Shown here one piece after another: positions 9,413 through 21,496 of a stretch of 64,000 bases of DNA. Position 1 is the stretch's first letter; every line of letters begins with the position of its first letter. Position numbers and translations under genes: made by a program. Location of the stretch: positions 1-64,000 of the IMG/VR virus record IMGVR_UViG_3300028840_005860; one strand, given 5' to 3'. The notes beneath the pieces are model-generated. The model worked only from the letters and a program-made list of their open reading frames with translations, was not told where the DNA came from and ran no database searches.

Positions 9413-10016
9413 TCGAGGGTGTCTACGCCTCGAGCTGCGCGAGCGCCTCGCGCAGCTCGCTCTGGAGGGCCTCCACGGTCTCGTCCGCCGCCGAGGCGGC
9501 GCTCTCGAGGCTCTGGAAGTCCCAGCGTCCTTCCTCGTAGCCGATCTCGTCGTGGTGGAGGGTGGAGAAGCGGAGAACCTGGAGCTCCTAGCGAGGCGTA
9601 CAGGGCCTCAGGAGAGGTCCCGAGAGGCTGATCTCGTGGGCCACGACCTCGAGGGACCATCGGAAGGGACCCACGAGGGCGGTCCAGCCGTCCCCGTCGC
9701 GGGGAGCAGCGGCCTGGTCGTCGTCGAGCGGCCGCCAGGGGAGCCTGGAGGCGGCGAGGAGGGGTGGAAGGTGCTGGTGGTCCATTGGAGGTCCCGGGTT
9801 CTCGGAGCAGAGAGGTGGCGTGAGGCGGTTTCTTGCGATCTCATGCCGGTGGGGACCCCGTTCTCGGACACGGCGCCACGTGAGAAGGCTCACAGTCAGT
9901 GTCCGGTTCGCGGACACTCTCGCGCACCCTGCGCCTGTTTGTGTAAGATCGGTGGGTGGTGCGTGCAGGGGGACGAGGGCGACGTCCAGGGTGGACTACG
10001 CCTGGAGGAAGAGCAG

Positions 10017-11684
10017 ATGAGCGAACCAGACATGGACACGGCGAGAAGGTGGCTTGAGCTCGTGAGGAGCGACGGCGACTCCGAGTCGAAGGCGAAGTAC
10101 CTGCGCGAGAAGGGGTACACGGACGAGCAGGTGGAGGAGTTGATGGCGGAGGAGGAACCCGAGTGCGAGGACTGCTGACGGCGGATGTAAATCTGCCGGG
10201 TCTTCCGTGCAGGACGTCATGAGCGAGGCAACGAAGAGCGACACGCTCGAGCTAGTCGCGGAGTGCATCTGCAGGGCGGAGAGTTCGGCGGAGCCGAGGA
10301 AAGTCCTCGAAGAGGGGAAGATCCTCCTGGCCGAGGCCGTCCTTCGCGGCGAGCAGCTAGACAAGGTGCGCCTGGAGCTGTTCATGCTCCAGTGCGCCAA
10401 GAACTACCAGACGGACGGCAGCGACCGGGCCGTGCTGGCGTGGGCGCCCTTCCTCGGGGCCTGTGCGGACTACGTCCGGGAGGGGGTGGTGTGCATGGGA
10501 GACGGCCGGGTGGCGACCGCCGAGGGATGGGACTACTCCAACTGCGAGCCCGTGGAGATCATCGCGACGTCACCCGAGAGACGTACGAGCGGCATCGGCG
10601 GTTCGTGCTCGAGGGTGTCGGCCCCGAACCCGCTCCGAACTCCCCGACGGAGGAGGCCATGAGCGACGAGAAGTTCAAGCTGACCCCCGACATGGAACCC
10701 CTACCCATGAAGGCGCTGAAGGACGGGATCTGCATTCACTGCAAGGAGACCCTCAAGAAGGACACAAGGTGTGTGTGGATCGCAGGAGAGGGACTGCTCC
10801 ATGACAGCTGCCTGGGAGGGCCCAACCTCTTCCACGAGGAGGAATCCGAGCTCACTCGGGAGCGCAAGCAGGAGCTGCTCGAGGGCTGCACGGAGATGTG
10901 CATCAAGGTGCTCGTGCAGAAGGGAAGTCCGGCAGAGCGGCACGGTGGTGCCGTGATGACGGCGTCGATAGGCGCCCTGGAGGGGTACGTGATGGTCCAC
11001 GCCGCCTACGAGGACTCGCCCGACGGAGAGGAGATGGCGACCTTCCTCGAGGTCCTGGAGGACGACGACGTCGACTGGAGGAAACTCGGATGAAGGTGAA
11101 GAACGCGGTCGTGTACAAGGACGAGGGGAGCTGCGGCCCGGTGTGGGTGGTCAGGAACGGCAAGTGGTCCAACTACGAGGACTCGGAGTTCGAGGACCTG
11201 AACGGCAATCCCAGGCCCGAGTGGTTCACGCGCAGGCAGGCGGCCGCCATCGCCAGGCGCGAGGGCCTGCCGCTGGTGGACGGCTAGGAGAAGCCTGGTG
11301 GAACGCCTATGCTTCGCGAGTGATGGAGGTCGAGCAGTGGAGTACGCGGACAGGACGGAGAAGATCGAGGACCTGGTGATGCGCGCGGAGGAGGTCGAGG
11401 ATCCCCGGGACGTGATCGAGGAGGCTCTCGAGGAGATGGCCCAGGCCGTGATCGAGGACGAGGAGCTCGACGCGCCGCGTCTGAGGAAGCTGGCCATGCG
11501 CTTCGCCAGCGCCGCGCGAGGGGACCCCACGCACCTCGGTAAGGTGCTGGCGGGGCTCCGGTTCGTGAGCAACGTGGACTCCTACGAGCGAGAGCGCCAA
11601 GTCGTCCTGGGAGACGGCCGCACGGCGACCAGGGACGGCTGGCGGGAGTCCAGCCCGGAACCCAGACAGGAGCGTTCGTCTTGA
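10017..11684 (+). other. run of short hypothetical genes (10017-10178, 10219-10662, 10659-11093, 11090-11287, 11337-11684)
   Basis: ATGA-overlap coupling, SD motifs, class I promoters at 9942 and 10186. Confidence 0.7.
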
Positions 11685-11941
11685 TCGGAGTCGTGGAGAC
11701 CGTCACTCCCGAGCGGGCTCGGGAGCTTCTCGAGCACAACAGGTGCGGGCGCCCCCTCGACCCCGACATCGTGAAGATGATGGCTCGGGCCATGCGCAGA
11801 GGGCGCTGGTCCCCCGACATCCAGGGGATGTCTATCCGGTTCGACGCGGAGGGGTACGTGGTCCAGGGGCAGACGCTGCTGGCGGCGGTCGTGGAGGCGG
11901 ACGCGACCCTCGAGATGGTGATGGAGCCTCGGTTCGTGTAA
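11681..11941 (+). CDS. short ParB-N-like protein
   Basis: VETVTPERARELLEHN...RW...IRFDAEGYVVQGQTLLAAVV. Confidence 0.55.
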   Translation: MIGVVETVTPERARELLEHNRCGRPLDPDIVKMMARAMRRGRWSPDIQGMSIRFDAEGYVVQGQTLLAAVVEADATLEMVMEPRFV

Positions 11942-11968
11942 AAAAGTCAGGTGTCGCGTGCAGGGAGC

Positions 11969-12532
11969 ATGGCGACACTGAACCGCTTTCCGTTGTTCGG
12001 CCTGTGGAACCGCGTGGCCGCGGAGGTGCTCGAGTACGAGCCCGACGAGGCCCGTTGCATCGGCCACGGAGTAGCCGTCCTGTACGCGATCCGCGCGCAG
12101 GGTGGGGGCTACCGGAAGCCCAAGAAGGGCGGCGCCGACAAGGGTTCCATCCCGGTCGGCAAGGATGCCAAGGTGCTAGCGGCCGACGAGATCGCGTTCG
12201 GAGGGGACAGCCTTCCGTGCGAGCTCGACGCCGACGGTCGGGTACTCAGGTGCCTGGTGGGCTGCAGGAGTCCGAGGGACAAGGCCCAGACGCCGAGCTC
12301 CTACGAGCACGACGTGGAAGCCAAGATCAAGGGGGAGTACCTCGAACTGCTGACCAATGGGATGCGCGAGTTGTTGAGCTCGTACAAGCCGGCGGAGCTG
12401 GGAGGTCGTTTGATTTACCGGAGATACGATGACTTCAAACGCGCGTGTGCAGCTGGACGTCGGATTGATCTGGATGCTTTGGTAGAATGGTTGAAAGAGG
12501 AAACCCGGAAACGTGCCCGCACTGCCGCTTAG
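11969..12532 (+). CDS. conserved hypothetical protein
   Basis: MATLNRFPLFGLWNRVAAEVLEY; ATG 6 nt after class I promoter. Confidence 0.75.
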   Translation: MATLNRFPLFGLWNRVAAEVLEYEPDEARCIGHGVAVLYAIRAQGGGYRKPKKGGADKGSIPVGKDAKVLAADEIAFGGDSLPCELDADGRVLRCLVGCRSPRDKAQTPSSYEHDVEAKIKGEYLELLTNGMRELLSSYKPAELGGRLIYRRYDDFKRACAAGRRIDLDALVEWLKEETRKRARTAA

Positions 12533-13478
12533 TCAGGGTTACGAGGTGCAGCTAGACGATGCGGACCTGGCGTTTGCATCCCACTGGAAATGGTCCGCGG
12601 ACGTGCGCCCGCACGGAACTGTGTATGCGGTACGGATGGAGACGGTCCAACAGCATCCGCGCCGGCAACGGAAAGTGTACCTGCATCGGCAGATTCTGAG
12701 TCGTAAACTCGGTCGTCCGTTAGGAAAGCAAGAGATGACTGACCACGAAAACGGGGACGGTCTAGATTGTAGGCGTTACAACCTCCGTCTTGCCACCTCG
12801 GCGGTAAACAACCGCAACACGAGGAGCAAAGGAGGCACCTCTCAATTCAAAGGCGTTTCATGGTGCTCTCAGGAAAAAGCGTGGCAGGCAGTTCTTGACA
12901 TCGGACTTTTCGCATCGGAAGAAAACGCTGCGCGGGCACGAGACGAAATAACCCGCGGCATCCCGGGTTGTCGAGCCAATTTCGAGAATTCCGAACTGGA
13001 ACTGGGACCTTTCACCGAAATGGGCCTAAGCCAGGGGCAAGTAGCCAAGGTCAGCCCCGAGGATGAACACAGGTTTGTTCCGTTCCGGTGGTACGCCATC
13101 AGGCCCCGGAACGTGTGGTACGCGGTGCGTCATGAGAAGAGACGCACTATCTATCTGCACCGGGAGGTTTTAGCGGAGGCGTTGGGGCGACCACTGCTGG
13201 GACATGAAAAGGTGGACCATCGCAACGGAGACGGGTTGGATTGTCGCCGAACCAATTTGCGTGTGGCGAGTTTTGGAGTCAACGCCCACAACACACGGAG
13301 AGGATGGGGACGATCTAAATACCGAGGTGTGAGTTGGGTGCAGGCTCGGGGGCAATGGCTCGCGCGTATCCGGGTGGGGCTCTATCAAACCGAAGAAGCG
13401 GCAGCTGCGGCTTACGACAGCGCGGCACGGCTTCTGCCTGGGTGGCGTCCTAATTTCCCGAGCTGGCGCCCCTCATGA
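12513..13478 (+). mobile_element. HNH homing endonuclease with duplicated HNH-AP2 module
   Basis: Two copies of YLHR.IL...(T/V)DH.NGDGLDCRR.NLR followed by KGVSW/RGVSW...EE.AA.A.D; lower GC than flanks. Confidence 0.85.
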
Positions 13479-14029
13479 CGTTCCTGTTCCCGATGCGCCC
13501 GTCGACGCCTCGAGTGCTCCCCGAGAGTCCGGCAGAGTTCCTCGTCCAGGAGAAGGTCGACGGCTGGAACGTCGTGGTGAACGGGGGGCGCGTGTGGACG
13601 AGGCACGGGCACGACATCACGAGCTGGTGCTCGAACTGGCGGTTCGACCTGAACCCTCCCTGGCCGGTCAACGGCGAGCTCGTGGCGGTGGGAGGCCAGC
13701 GCAAGGACGTGCCGAGCATCAAGTCCGGCAAGTTCGAGCCGCGCCTCCACGCCTTCGACGTCATGCTCGAGGGCGTGCCTCTCGAGGAGCGCCTCGAGAT
13801 GGTCGACGAGTGGGCCGAAGGAGACGCGTGGCCGATACTGACCTGGGACCCACTGGAGGAGGGAGGAGGATGGGGCTGGGTGAACCTCGTCCTCGAGATA
13901 GTCAAGGCGAACGGCCTCGAGGGGCTCGTGCTGAAGCGGAAAGGTTCCCCGTACCACGTCAGTCAGGAGATCAGCGTGGTGAGTCCCGACTGGCTGCGGA
14001 TGCTCGTCCCTGCGCAGGTTACGCGGTGA
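13475..14029 (+). CDS. minimal ATP-dependent ligase (adenylation domain only)
   Basis: QEKVDG (motif I), VNGELV (III), AFDV (IIIa), EGLVLK (IV); no OB domain. Confidence 0.75.
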   Translation: MTFLFPMRPSTPRVLPESPAEFLVQEKVDGWNVVVNGGRVWTRHGHDITSWCSNWRFDLNPPWPVNGELVAVGGQRKDVPSIKSGKFEPRLHAFDVMLEGVPLEERLEMVDEWAEGDAWPILTWDPLEEGGGWGWVNLVLEIVKANGLEGLVLKRKGSPYHVSQEISVVSPDWLRMLVPAQVTR

Positions 14030-14283
14030 AAGTCCGGCAGCGCAGCCCGCGCGGGATGTAAGATCTTCGGGGGCGTCGTACAGGGGTCACGATGATCGTG
14101 AAGGCTTACGACGCCAGCGGGACCGAGCCCGAGAAGCTCGTGTGGGAAGGAGACCTCGAGGAGCTCCTCCGGGAGTACCAGGGCGACCTCACGGCGAGCG
14201 ACGTCGCGCAGCTGCGGTGGCTCCAGGTGGGGCAGTCGGCCACGGTCGGAGGCGGCTTTCGCGTGGAGCGCGTGGGATGACGT

Positions 14284-14344
14284 TTTTCGTGAAAATCGAC
14301 GGAACCGGGGAATGGGACTGATGGCCCGTTGGTAATGCACATGA
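14284..14344 (+). promoter_or_regulatory. class II motif TTTTC-n-GAAAA ... GGGAATG-N7/8-TGGCCCGTTGGTAATGCASATGA
   Basis: Copies at 14308, 22240, 33668 (+), 34929-34965 and 56385-56420 (-); partial copy near 39820-39875. Confidence 0.75.
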
Positions 14345-14357
14345 GACGGAGCAGACC

Positions 14358-15116
14358 ATGACCGACACTAGGTACCAGGAGACGAGAGAAGTCGTCCGGT
14401 TGATAGACGCGGTGCTCGAGCACGTCTTCACGCGATCGCCGAAGTCCTTGCCGTTACCGAGGAAACCAAACGGGTTCTGGGATTCTCAGCCGCTAGGAGA
14501 GCTACCCGACAAGGAACTCGCGGCAAGACTGGGAGTGACGCGCACTGCCGTGTCTTGTGCGAGGTGGGCGAGAAAGATCCCAGCCTACGGCTATCAGAAG
14601 CCGCACCCAGACATCGACTGGGACTCTCAGCCACTGGGAAGGATTCCCGACACGACGATCGCGGCCGAGTTGGGGGTCGCGGGCCCGACTGTCTGGGAGC
14701 AGAGGAGAAAGCGAGGCATCCCTCCAGCTCCTGAAAGCACCCGGAGATCGTCGGGACGGAAACAAGTCGACGTCGACTGGGACGAGCAACCCCTAGGCGA
14801 GTTATCGGACGTAGTCATCGCGGAGGTGTTGGGGGTTGCGTCCACGACCGTGAGGAACGCGCGGTGCTGTCGGGGAATCCCAGTCTCCCCACGGGGAGGC
14901 CGAGGGAAACTGCCTCCCAGGAGGGCCGCCCGATCAGGCAACAAACCCGTGGTCGACTGGGACTCTCAGCCCCTAGGAGAGGTTCCCGACACGGCGATAG
15001 CAGAAAGCCTCGGGGTTTCCTGCACGACCGTGGGACTCACGAGGAAGAAACGTGGCATCCCGGTGTTCAGGAGACGTCGCCTCCGGCAACCAGGAAGGGG
15101 CGGAGACTCGATATGA
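14358..15116 (+). CDS. four-repeat HTH-like protein
   Basis: Four repeats of WD(S/E)QPLG..(P/S)D...A..LGV....V...R..R.IP. Confidence 0.75.
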   Translation: MTDTRYQETREVVRLIDAVLEHVFTRSPKSLPLPRKPNGFWDSQPLGELPDKELAARLGVTRTAVSCARWARKIPAYGYQKPHPDIDWDSQPLGRIPDTTIAAELGVAGPTVWEQRRKRGIPPAPESTRRSSGRKQVDVDWDEQPLGELSDVVIAEVLGVASTTVRNARCCRGIPVSPRGGRGKLPPRRAARSGNKPVVDWDSQPLGEVPDTAIAESLGVSCTTVGLTRKKRGIPVFRRRRLRQPGRGGDSI

Positions 15117-18100
15117 TGAAGATCGACCCCAGGCCCGATCACTTCGAGTACGACATCCGGGCGATCCTCCGGTTCACCGCACGGGACCTGCGAGTGCTCC
15201 GCTACTACGCGGAGCGCCACTACGACCACACCTGCAAGACGTTCTTCGAGAGCGGCGGCAGGGGCAACGCGTGGCGCTGGAGCTTCCGGCGCGACGACGA
15301 GGACGTGGACCCGTTCGACAAGGCGTGCCCGCCCGACCTCGAGTGTGAGTTCCCGTCGACGGGCAGCATCCGCGAGCTCGACCTGTGCCTCAAGATCCTC
15401 GAGGGGGTGGAGTTCGAGCGTGAGGAGGATCTCATCGCGGAGGCGTGGCGCCTGCGGGGCGAGATCCTCAACCTCGTAGACCTCATTCACGCCGAGTACG
15501 CCCGTGTCCGCGGAACTCCGGCCGCGCCCGAGAGCGCGAAACGCGCGGCACCGTAGCACTCCACGATCCGAGTGTAAGAAGTTCCCGACCCCCGTGCAGA
15601 ACGCAGGAGCAAACCACATGGCGACCAAGAAGACCACCAAGTTCGACAGGCGGACCGTCCGCACCATCCTCGCGGAGGTAGAGGAGGCGCTCCGGCCGGT
15701 CGCGGAGAAGCACGGCATCCGGCTAGAGAGGAAGCACTGCACCTACCACGCCGACGAGCTGCCGGTCGCCTACAAGTTCCTCATCACGGAGCTCGACCAG
15801 GAAGGCAACGAGATGTCGAGCGACGCCAAGGAGTTCGTGCGACAGGCCGAGTTCCACGGGCTCAAGCCGAGCGACCTCAACAAGGGGGTCACCGTGCGGG
15901 GCGAGAAGTACCGGATCGTGGGCCTGCGTCCCAGGAGCCGCAAGTATCCCATCCTGATGGAGCAGGTGCGCACCGGCAAGATCTACAAGTTCTCGGCCAA
16001 GTCGGTCGCGTTCGGGCTGAAGGCCGCGAAGGCGGCGTAGGTGACGACGATGGCGACGATCAAGATTGCAGCCAGCGAGATCGAGGGCCCCTTCCTCGTG
16101 AAGGTGGGGACCTTCGACGGCGGCCAGAAGAACCTCACCGTCCCGACCCTGAAGGACGCCTCCTACGCCGTGAAGGGTTTCATCTGGGACGACCGCGTGC
16201 GCTCGAGCGACTGGCACGGCGGCGAGGTCGTCCGCGACGACGGCACCGGAGACGTGGTGGCCGTCGTGAGCTACAACGGCCGAGTGTGGGGCGCCAAGGC
16301 GCACCCGACCGACCCCTGGCACGTCCCCGACAAGGCTCTGGAGTTCGACCTGGATGCGTGACCTCACGAGCTTGACGGTGGAGGTCTGGCGAGGCCGCAA
16401 GATCGAGCCCGGCACCGTGGCGCGCTGCGTCTGGCACGGGAGGACCCGGTTCGGCTGGCGGGTGCTGCTCGAGATGAACGACGGCGTCGCCCACAGCCAG
16501 GTGTTCACGAGGGCCTCCAACGTGCGTCCCCTGGAGGGCCAACCCGTGCAGGAGAGCCTGTTCCGGGGAATGCCGCGCGAGGTGCGCTGAAGATTCTTCC
16601 GATCCCCCGTACAGGGGGTCGCGTAACAAACACAACCCCAACAGGAGCACAGCAACATGCCACAGACCGTTTTGTTTTTCACCAAGGGCGAGGTCGCGGA
16701 GCTCGTCCGCACGTTCCTTGAGCAGGAGGGGCGCGACGTCTTCAACGCCATCATTCAGTTCTCGTCCGAGGGCGTGCACGTGGGCAACTGCCCTGAGGCC
16801 GCGGCGCCCTGCAGCTGCGACGACGAACCCGAGGACTTCGACGACGCGGAGGCTCCCGAGGATTTCGTGGGACACATGCAGGGGGCGGACGTGCTGGCGG
16901 CCATCCGCATGAAGCCGCGCACGGCCTGGGAGATCGCGGAGGAGATCAGGAGCGACGCGTGCTCCGTGAACAGCACTCTAGGGCATCTCGGAGACAAGGT
17001 CGCCAAGGTGGCTCCCGCTCGAGAGGATGGCGAGACCGTCTCCCGCTGGATGGCGACGGGCTCCGACGAGTACGGCGCCTTCGTCGCGCAGGAGAAGGAG
17101 CGTGTCGAGGCCCAGGTCGAGAAGTGGAACGCGGACGTGCTCAAGCACGCGCCGGCGTTCTACGAGAGGTACGAAGATCGCATGACGATCCTCGAGAACC
17201 TCATCTCGGGGTACGTCGCGACGGACGAGGAGATCCGGCGCGACTGCAAGTCGATCTTCTACGCGATGGCCGAGAAGGGACTCCTCGAGCACCACGAGCA
17301 CGGCTGGCGGGCCGCCAAGACGGACGCCGACCGCGTGAGGGTGGCGGCCATCCAGGGAGGCATCCGGGAGGTCCTGCGGGGCAAGGAGGAGGGACTCACG
17401 ACCGACGAGATCCGCGACGCCCTGCCGGAGCAGCTCGACAAGAACCTCATCCGACACTGCCTCCGGCACATGGACGACGCGTACCGGGGCAGCGACGGTC
17501 GCAGGCGCCTCAAGGACTAGCACCGAGAACGAGCAGGGGCGCCCCCTCCTCGAGGGGAGGCGCCCCGCATGTTCCTCACCAGGTCCCTAGAAGTGCGGGA
17601 CGATCTGGAGGGTCGTCGTGCCACCGAGTCGCGCGGTGCTCACTCCGGCCGTGTTCTGCGGCCCCGAGGGATTGTTGGCGGTGACGCCGCGCGCTCGGGC
17701 GACGTTCGCGTAGACGCCGTGCTCGCGGAGGGCGATGTAGGCGGCGATGGGGGTGGTGCGACCGGCGGGAAGGATGGGATTCATGGCTGAGCTCCTCGAA
17801 GGAGGGTGCGCGATAGGCGTAAAAACGTGTCGATGTAAGATTTTCCGAAGCCGCGTGCAGAGAGTAATGACGAATCCAGACAACTTCCAGAAACTCGTGG
17901 CTCACCTGCAGGCATTCATCAAGAAGGCCCCCGAGGAGGACCCGTACGACTGCGACCCCATGGAGCTCTACTGCGGCAACGAGGACGACGCCCGCAGGCT
18001 GGGCGAGGAGGCGGCGGAGCATCGCGTGGCAACTCAGATGAAGGAGTGGCTCCTCGAGGTCGGCGAGCCTCCGGAGAAGGGTTGAGCGATGCCGAGAGTT

Positions 18101-19385
18101 CAGAAGGGCACGAAGTTCCGCTCCTCCTACGCCGACTCGAATCCCCTGTGGGTGGTCAGGCGGCGCATCAGGTCGGGCGTGTTCGAGTGCGAGATCCTCA
18201 ACGAGCCGATCGAGGTCGACGGCAAGACGTACGACTCCGACTGGGTCGGGACCGTCAGGACGTTCACGCGCGAGCACATCGAGACGGCGCTGGCCTTCGC
18301 CGAGTGGCAGCGCGGGCTCCGGACCGCGCACGAGTCGTTCTACGACGGCCTCGAGCTGGGCCGGGTGGTCCACTACCACAACGCCTTCGGAAAGTTCATC
18401 CGCTGCGAGGTCGTGGTGGCGCCGGCCGGCGAGCGAGGCCTCGAGGAGGGCGAGAAGTGCCTGAGGCGGCTGGCCCTGGTCGGCGAGTGGAACAAGTACG
18501 AGCTCGAGGAGGACGGCTACCACATCAAGACCATCAAGAAGGGGGCCCTGTTCAAGCCCAGCTCGGACTGCATCTACGAGAATCCCAAGGCGGTCAGCAC
18601 CCGGGGCCACGGGGACCCGGCGAAGAAGCCAGCGCTCAAACTCAAGGAAGGTGCCGCGTGAAGCCGCAGACCGCCATCTACTACCCCGACGGCCGGATCC
18701 TCGAGATGACCTGGAAGCCGGGAACCTTCCCCGCCTACGAGTGGCTTCGACGAGCCGTGGGAGGTCTCCTCCAACCCGTCGACAGGTTCATGGACGAGGC
18801 CGAGCAGGGGCGCGCCTACGCCGACGAGGAGGGACGCCTCAAGAAGCTGCCGGTGAACATCCCGGGGATGAAGGCCGTCTCGTGGCCCGAGCCCCCTCAG
18901 GGCTGGGACCTCTACGAGCACGACCTCGAGCTCGTCGGAGGCGTCGCCCCGCCGCCGCCGGGTCCGGTCGTCGTCCACGGCGGGATGACCGACGAGGAGC
19001 TTCGGAGGGCGCGGCGGCACCTGCAGCGCTGGAGTCCTCTCTGCGGTCCGGTGCTCGTGCTCCGAGGCTGGAGCGACGACGACGAAACCGGCTACGAGGA
19101 GCTGAACCCTGAGTCCCTGGGAGACGAGTTGCCATGAAGATTCGATGTCCACACTGCGGAAACGACGACCTCACGAAGATCCAGTGGCAGGAGTGGGTGC
19201 CTGCCGTGCGGCCCCTCCTGGCCGTGCGCGACGGCGAGCTTCTCGTGGACATGGAGGCGGAGCACCTCGACAGCGAGGGAGCCAGGGGCGAGAGCCTGTA
19301 CTGCCGGTGCTGCTACGAGGAGTTCCCCGTTCCCGAGGGCCTAGCCGTCGATCACGTGACGGCCGCGGAGGGAGCGGTCGGATGA
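15113..19385 (+). other. run of phage hypothetical genes (15113-15556, 15618-16040, 16041-16361, 16354-16590, 16657-17520, 17867-18085, 18089-18661, 18658-19137, 19134-19385)
   Basis: Co-oriented overlapping ORFs with biased codons; class I promoters at 15573 and 17834. Confidence 0.75.
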
Positions 19386-19900
19386 CGAGCTTCGCCGACA
19401 TTCCCAAGTTCCCGAACGCGAAGTACGAGGTCGACGTCCCGTGGAACCACGTCGAGAGCAACCTCGAGACGCTGGCCGGCGACGGCGAGCTCCGGCTCGA
19501 CCCCGATTACCAGCGGACTCACGTCTGGACCCCCGAACAGCAGATCGCGTTCGTCGAGTTCCAGCTGATGGGGGGCGAGGTCAGCCGCACGCTTGTGTTC
19601 AACGCCCCCCACTGGAACAGGTCCGGAGAGCAGTACGTCGAGCTGGTGGACGGCAAGCAGAGGCTCGAGGCCGTCAGGGCGTTCATGCGGGGCGACGTCC
19701 CGGCCTTCGGTCGGCGCCTCCACGAGTACGAGGGTCGGTTTCCCACGATGGACTACCAACTGCGTTTCCAGGTCTGCGCGCTCCCGACCAGGGAGGAGGT
19801 CCTGCAGCTGTACCTGAAGATCAACGCCGGCGGCACGCCTCACACGAAGGCGGAGATGGACCGAGTACGGGACCTGCTCAGGAAGGAACGATCCCGATGA
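19382..19900 (+). CDS. stand-alone DUF262 (ParB/Srx-fold, GmrS-like) protein
   Basis: LDPDYQRTHVWT..QQ..F, VELVDGKQRLEAVRAF, YLKINAGGTP. Confidence 0.8.
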   Translation: MTSFADIPKFPNAKYEVDVPWNHVESNLETLAGDGELRLDPDYQRTHVWTPEQQIAFVEFQLMGGEVSRTLVFNAPHWNRSGEQYVELVDGKQRLEAVRAFMRGDVPAFGRRLHEYEGRFPTMDYQLRFQVCALPTREEVLQLYLKINAGGTPHTKAEMDRVRDLLRKERSR

Positions 19901-21496
19901 AGCTCTCTCTCAAGGCGAAGGAGATGCTCGAGGGCATGGCGAAGGCCGTGGAGGGCCTCCTGGCACAGCTTCGGCGTCGAGGCGCCGTGCTGGAGGAGGA
20001 CGAGGTCGACCTGACGGCGTACAACGAGTACAGGCGCGAGTTCCCGAGGCAGGACGCATGACCATCCAGGACCAGATCGACGAGCTCCAGGACCAGATTC
20101 AGAGGCTCGAGGCCCAACAGCACCGGTGCCCCCACGTCTGGGAGGAGGTCAAGTACGAGCCCATCGTCCACGAGGCCCACCGGGCTCTCGACTACATGGG
20201 ACCCATCCGAGAGGGCCAACCCGTACGGGAGGTCGACGTGCCGAGAGAGGAGATCCCCAGGTGGTCGCGCAGGTGCTCCGCCTGCGGCCTCGTCGAGTAC
20301 ACCAAGCTGACCGAAGAGGTTCAGGTCCGAGGGAAGATCCCGGGCACCAAGGCCACCCAGCAACATCCGGTCTTCCCAGGCCGACGGTCCTGATGCCGAG
20401 GACGCCGCCGCTGCACTACGACTACCTTCGGCGGAAGGTGCCGACCGGCTGGCAGCTCTACGATCTCGTCCGCCAGGGACACGTCCAGATGTCGAACGAG
20501 GACCTCCTCGAGGGCTCCGTGATGGAGTTCCTCAACGAGCTCGACGAGACCACCAGGCACATGACCTACGCGATGCTGATGTACGAACGCCTGGGTCAGA
20601 ACACGTACGTGGTGGGTCCCAGGGTCCGGGAGCTCTTCAGGCGGACCGAGCTCGCTCGCGTCACCGAGGACCTGCTCGAGGCGCCGGTCGAGGCCTTCTA
20701 CGTCGCCCTTCCCGACTGCCCCTGGACGATCTGGGGAGGCGCTCGGACGCGACAGCACGAGGTCCGGGGGGTCTACGTCACGTTCTCGAAGTCGGTGACC
20801 GCGCCCGGACGCACGGACGCGGCGCCTAGGATCCACCTGATGGTCTGGGGGAGCCCGAATCAGAGGTCGCTGGGGCCGGGCGACGACGCCCTGCTCTGGT
20901 TCTCCATCGACCTCGGGCGCTGCTTCTCGAGCGGAGAGGACTTCGAGAGCTTCTTCCGTCGCACCTCCGTGATGACGACCGAGCCCGGAAGCGCAGAGGA
21001 GGCAGAGTGGGGCGGCGGCGACCCCTTCGACGCGCTGGGTGCCCCCCTCCTTCCCGAGGAGCGCGAGGTCCTCCTCGAGCAGCGAGAGACCCTCATCAAG
21101 CTCCTGCGGGTGGTCCTGAACGTCTGCCTCTACGTGAGCTCCGAGGAACCCGACCTCGAGGTGACCGACAACGAGGAGGTCGTCAGGGACCTCAGGCGCC
21201 AGGCCGCTCGCAAGAAGTCCCCCGGACGTCGCCGCAAGCTCGAGCGGCGCATCGCCAACCTGCCCCGAGTCAGGATCGTCTACGTCGGGCCCCTCTTCGA
21301 GGAGCTCGGGAAGTCCGGCAACGGAGGTGGTGCTCGAGGAACCCACGCGAGCCCGGTCGAGCACGAGGTGCCCCCGCACTACCAGCACTACTGGGTCGGG
21401 TCCGGAGACGACCGACGGCGGGTCCTGCGGTACAAGGGGATGTACGTCCGGGGCGCCGGCCGGCCCGACCGCACCGTCGTGAAGTTCAGGGAGTAG
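19897..21496 (+). other. hypothetical genes 19897-20061, 20058-20393, 20393-21496
   Basis: Overlapping start/stop codons. Confidence 0.7.
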
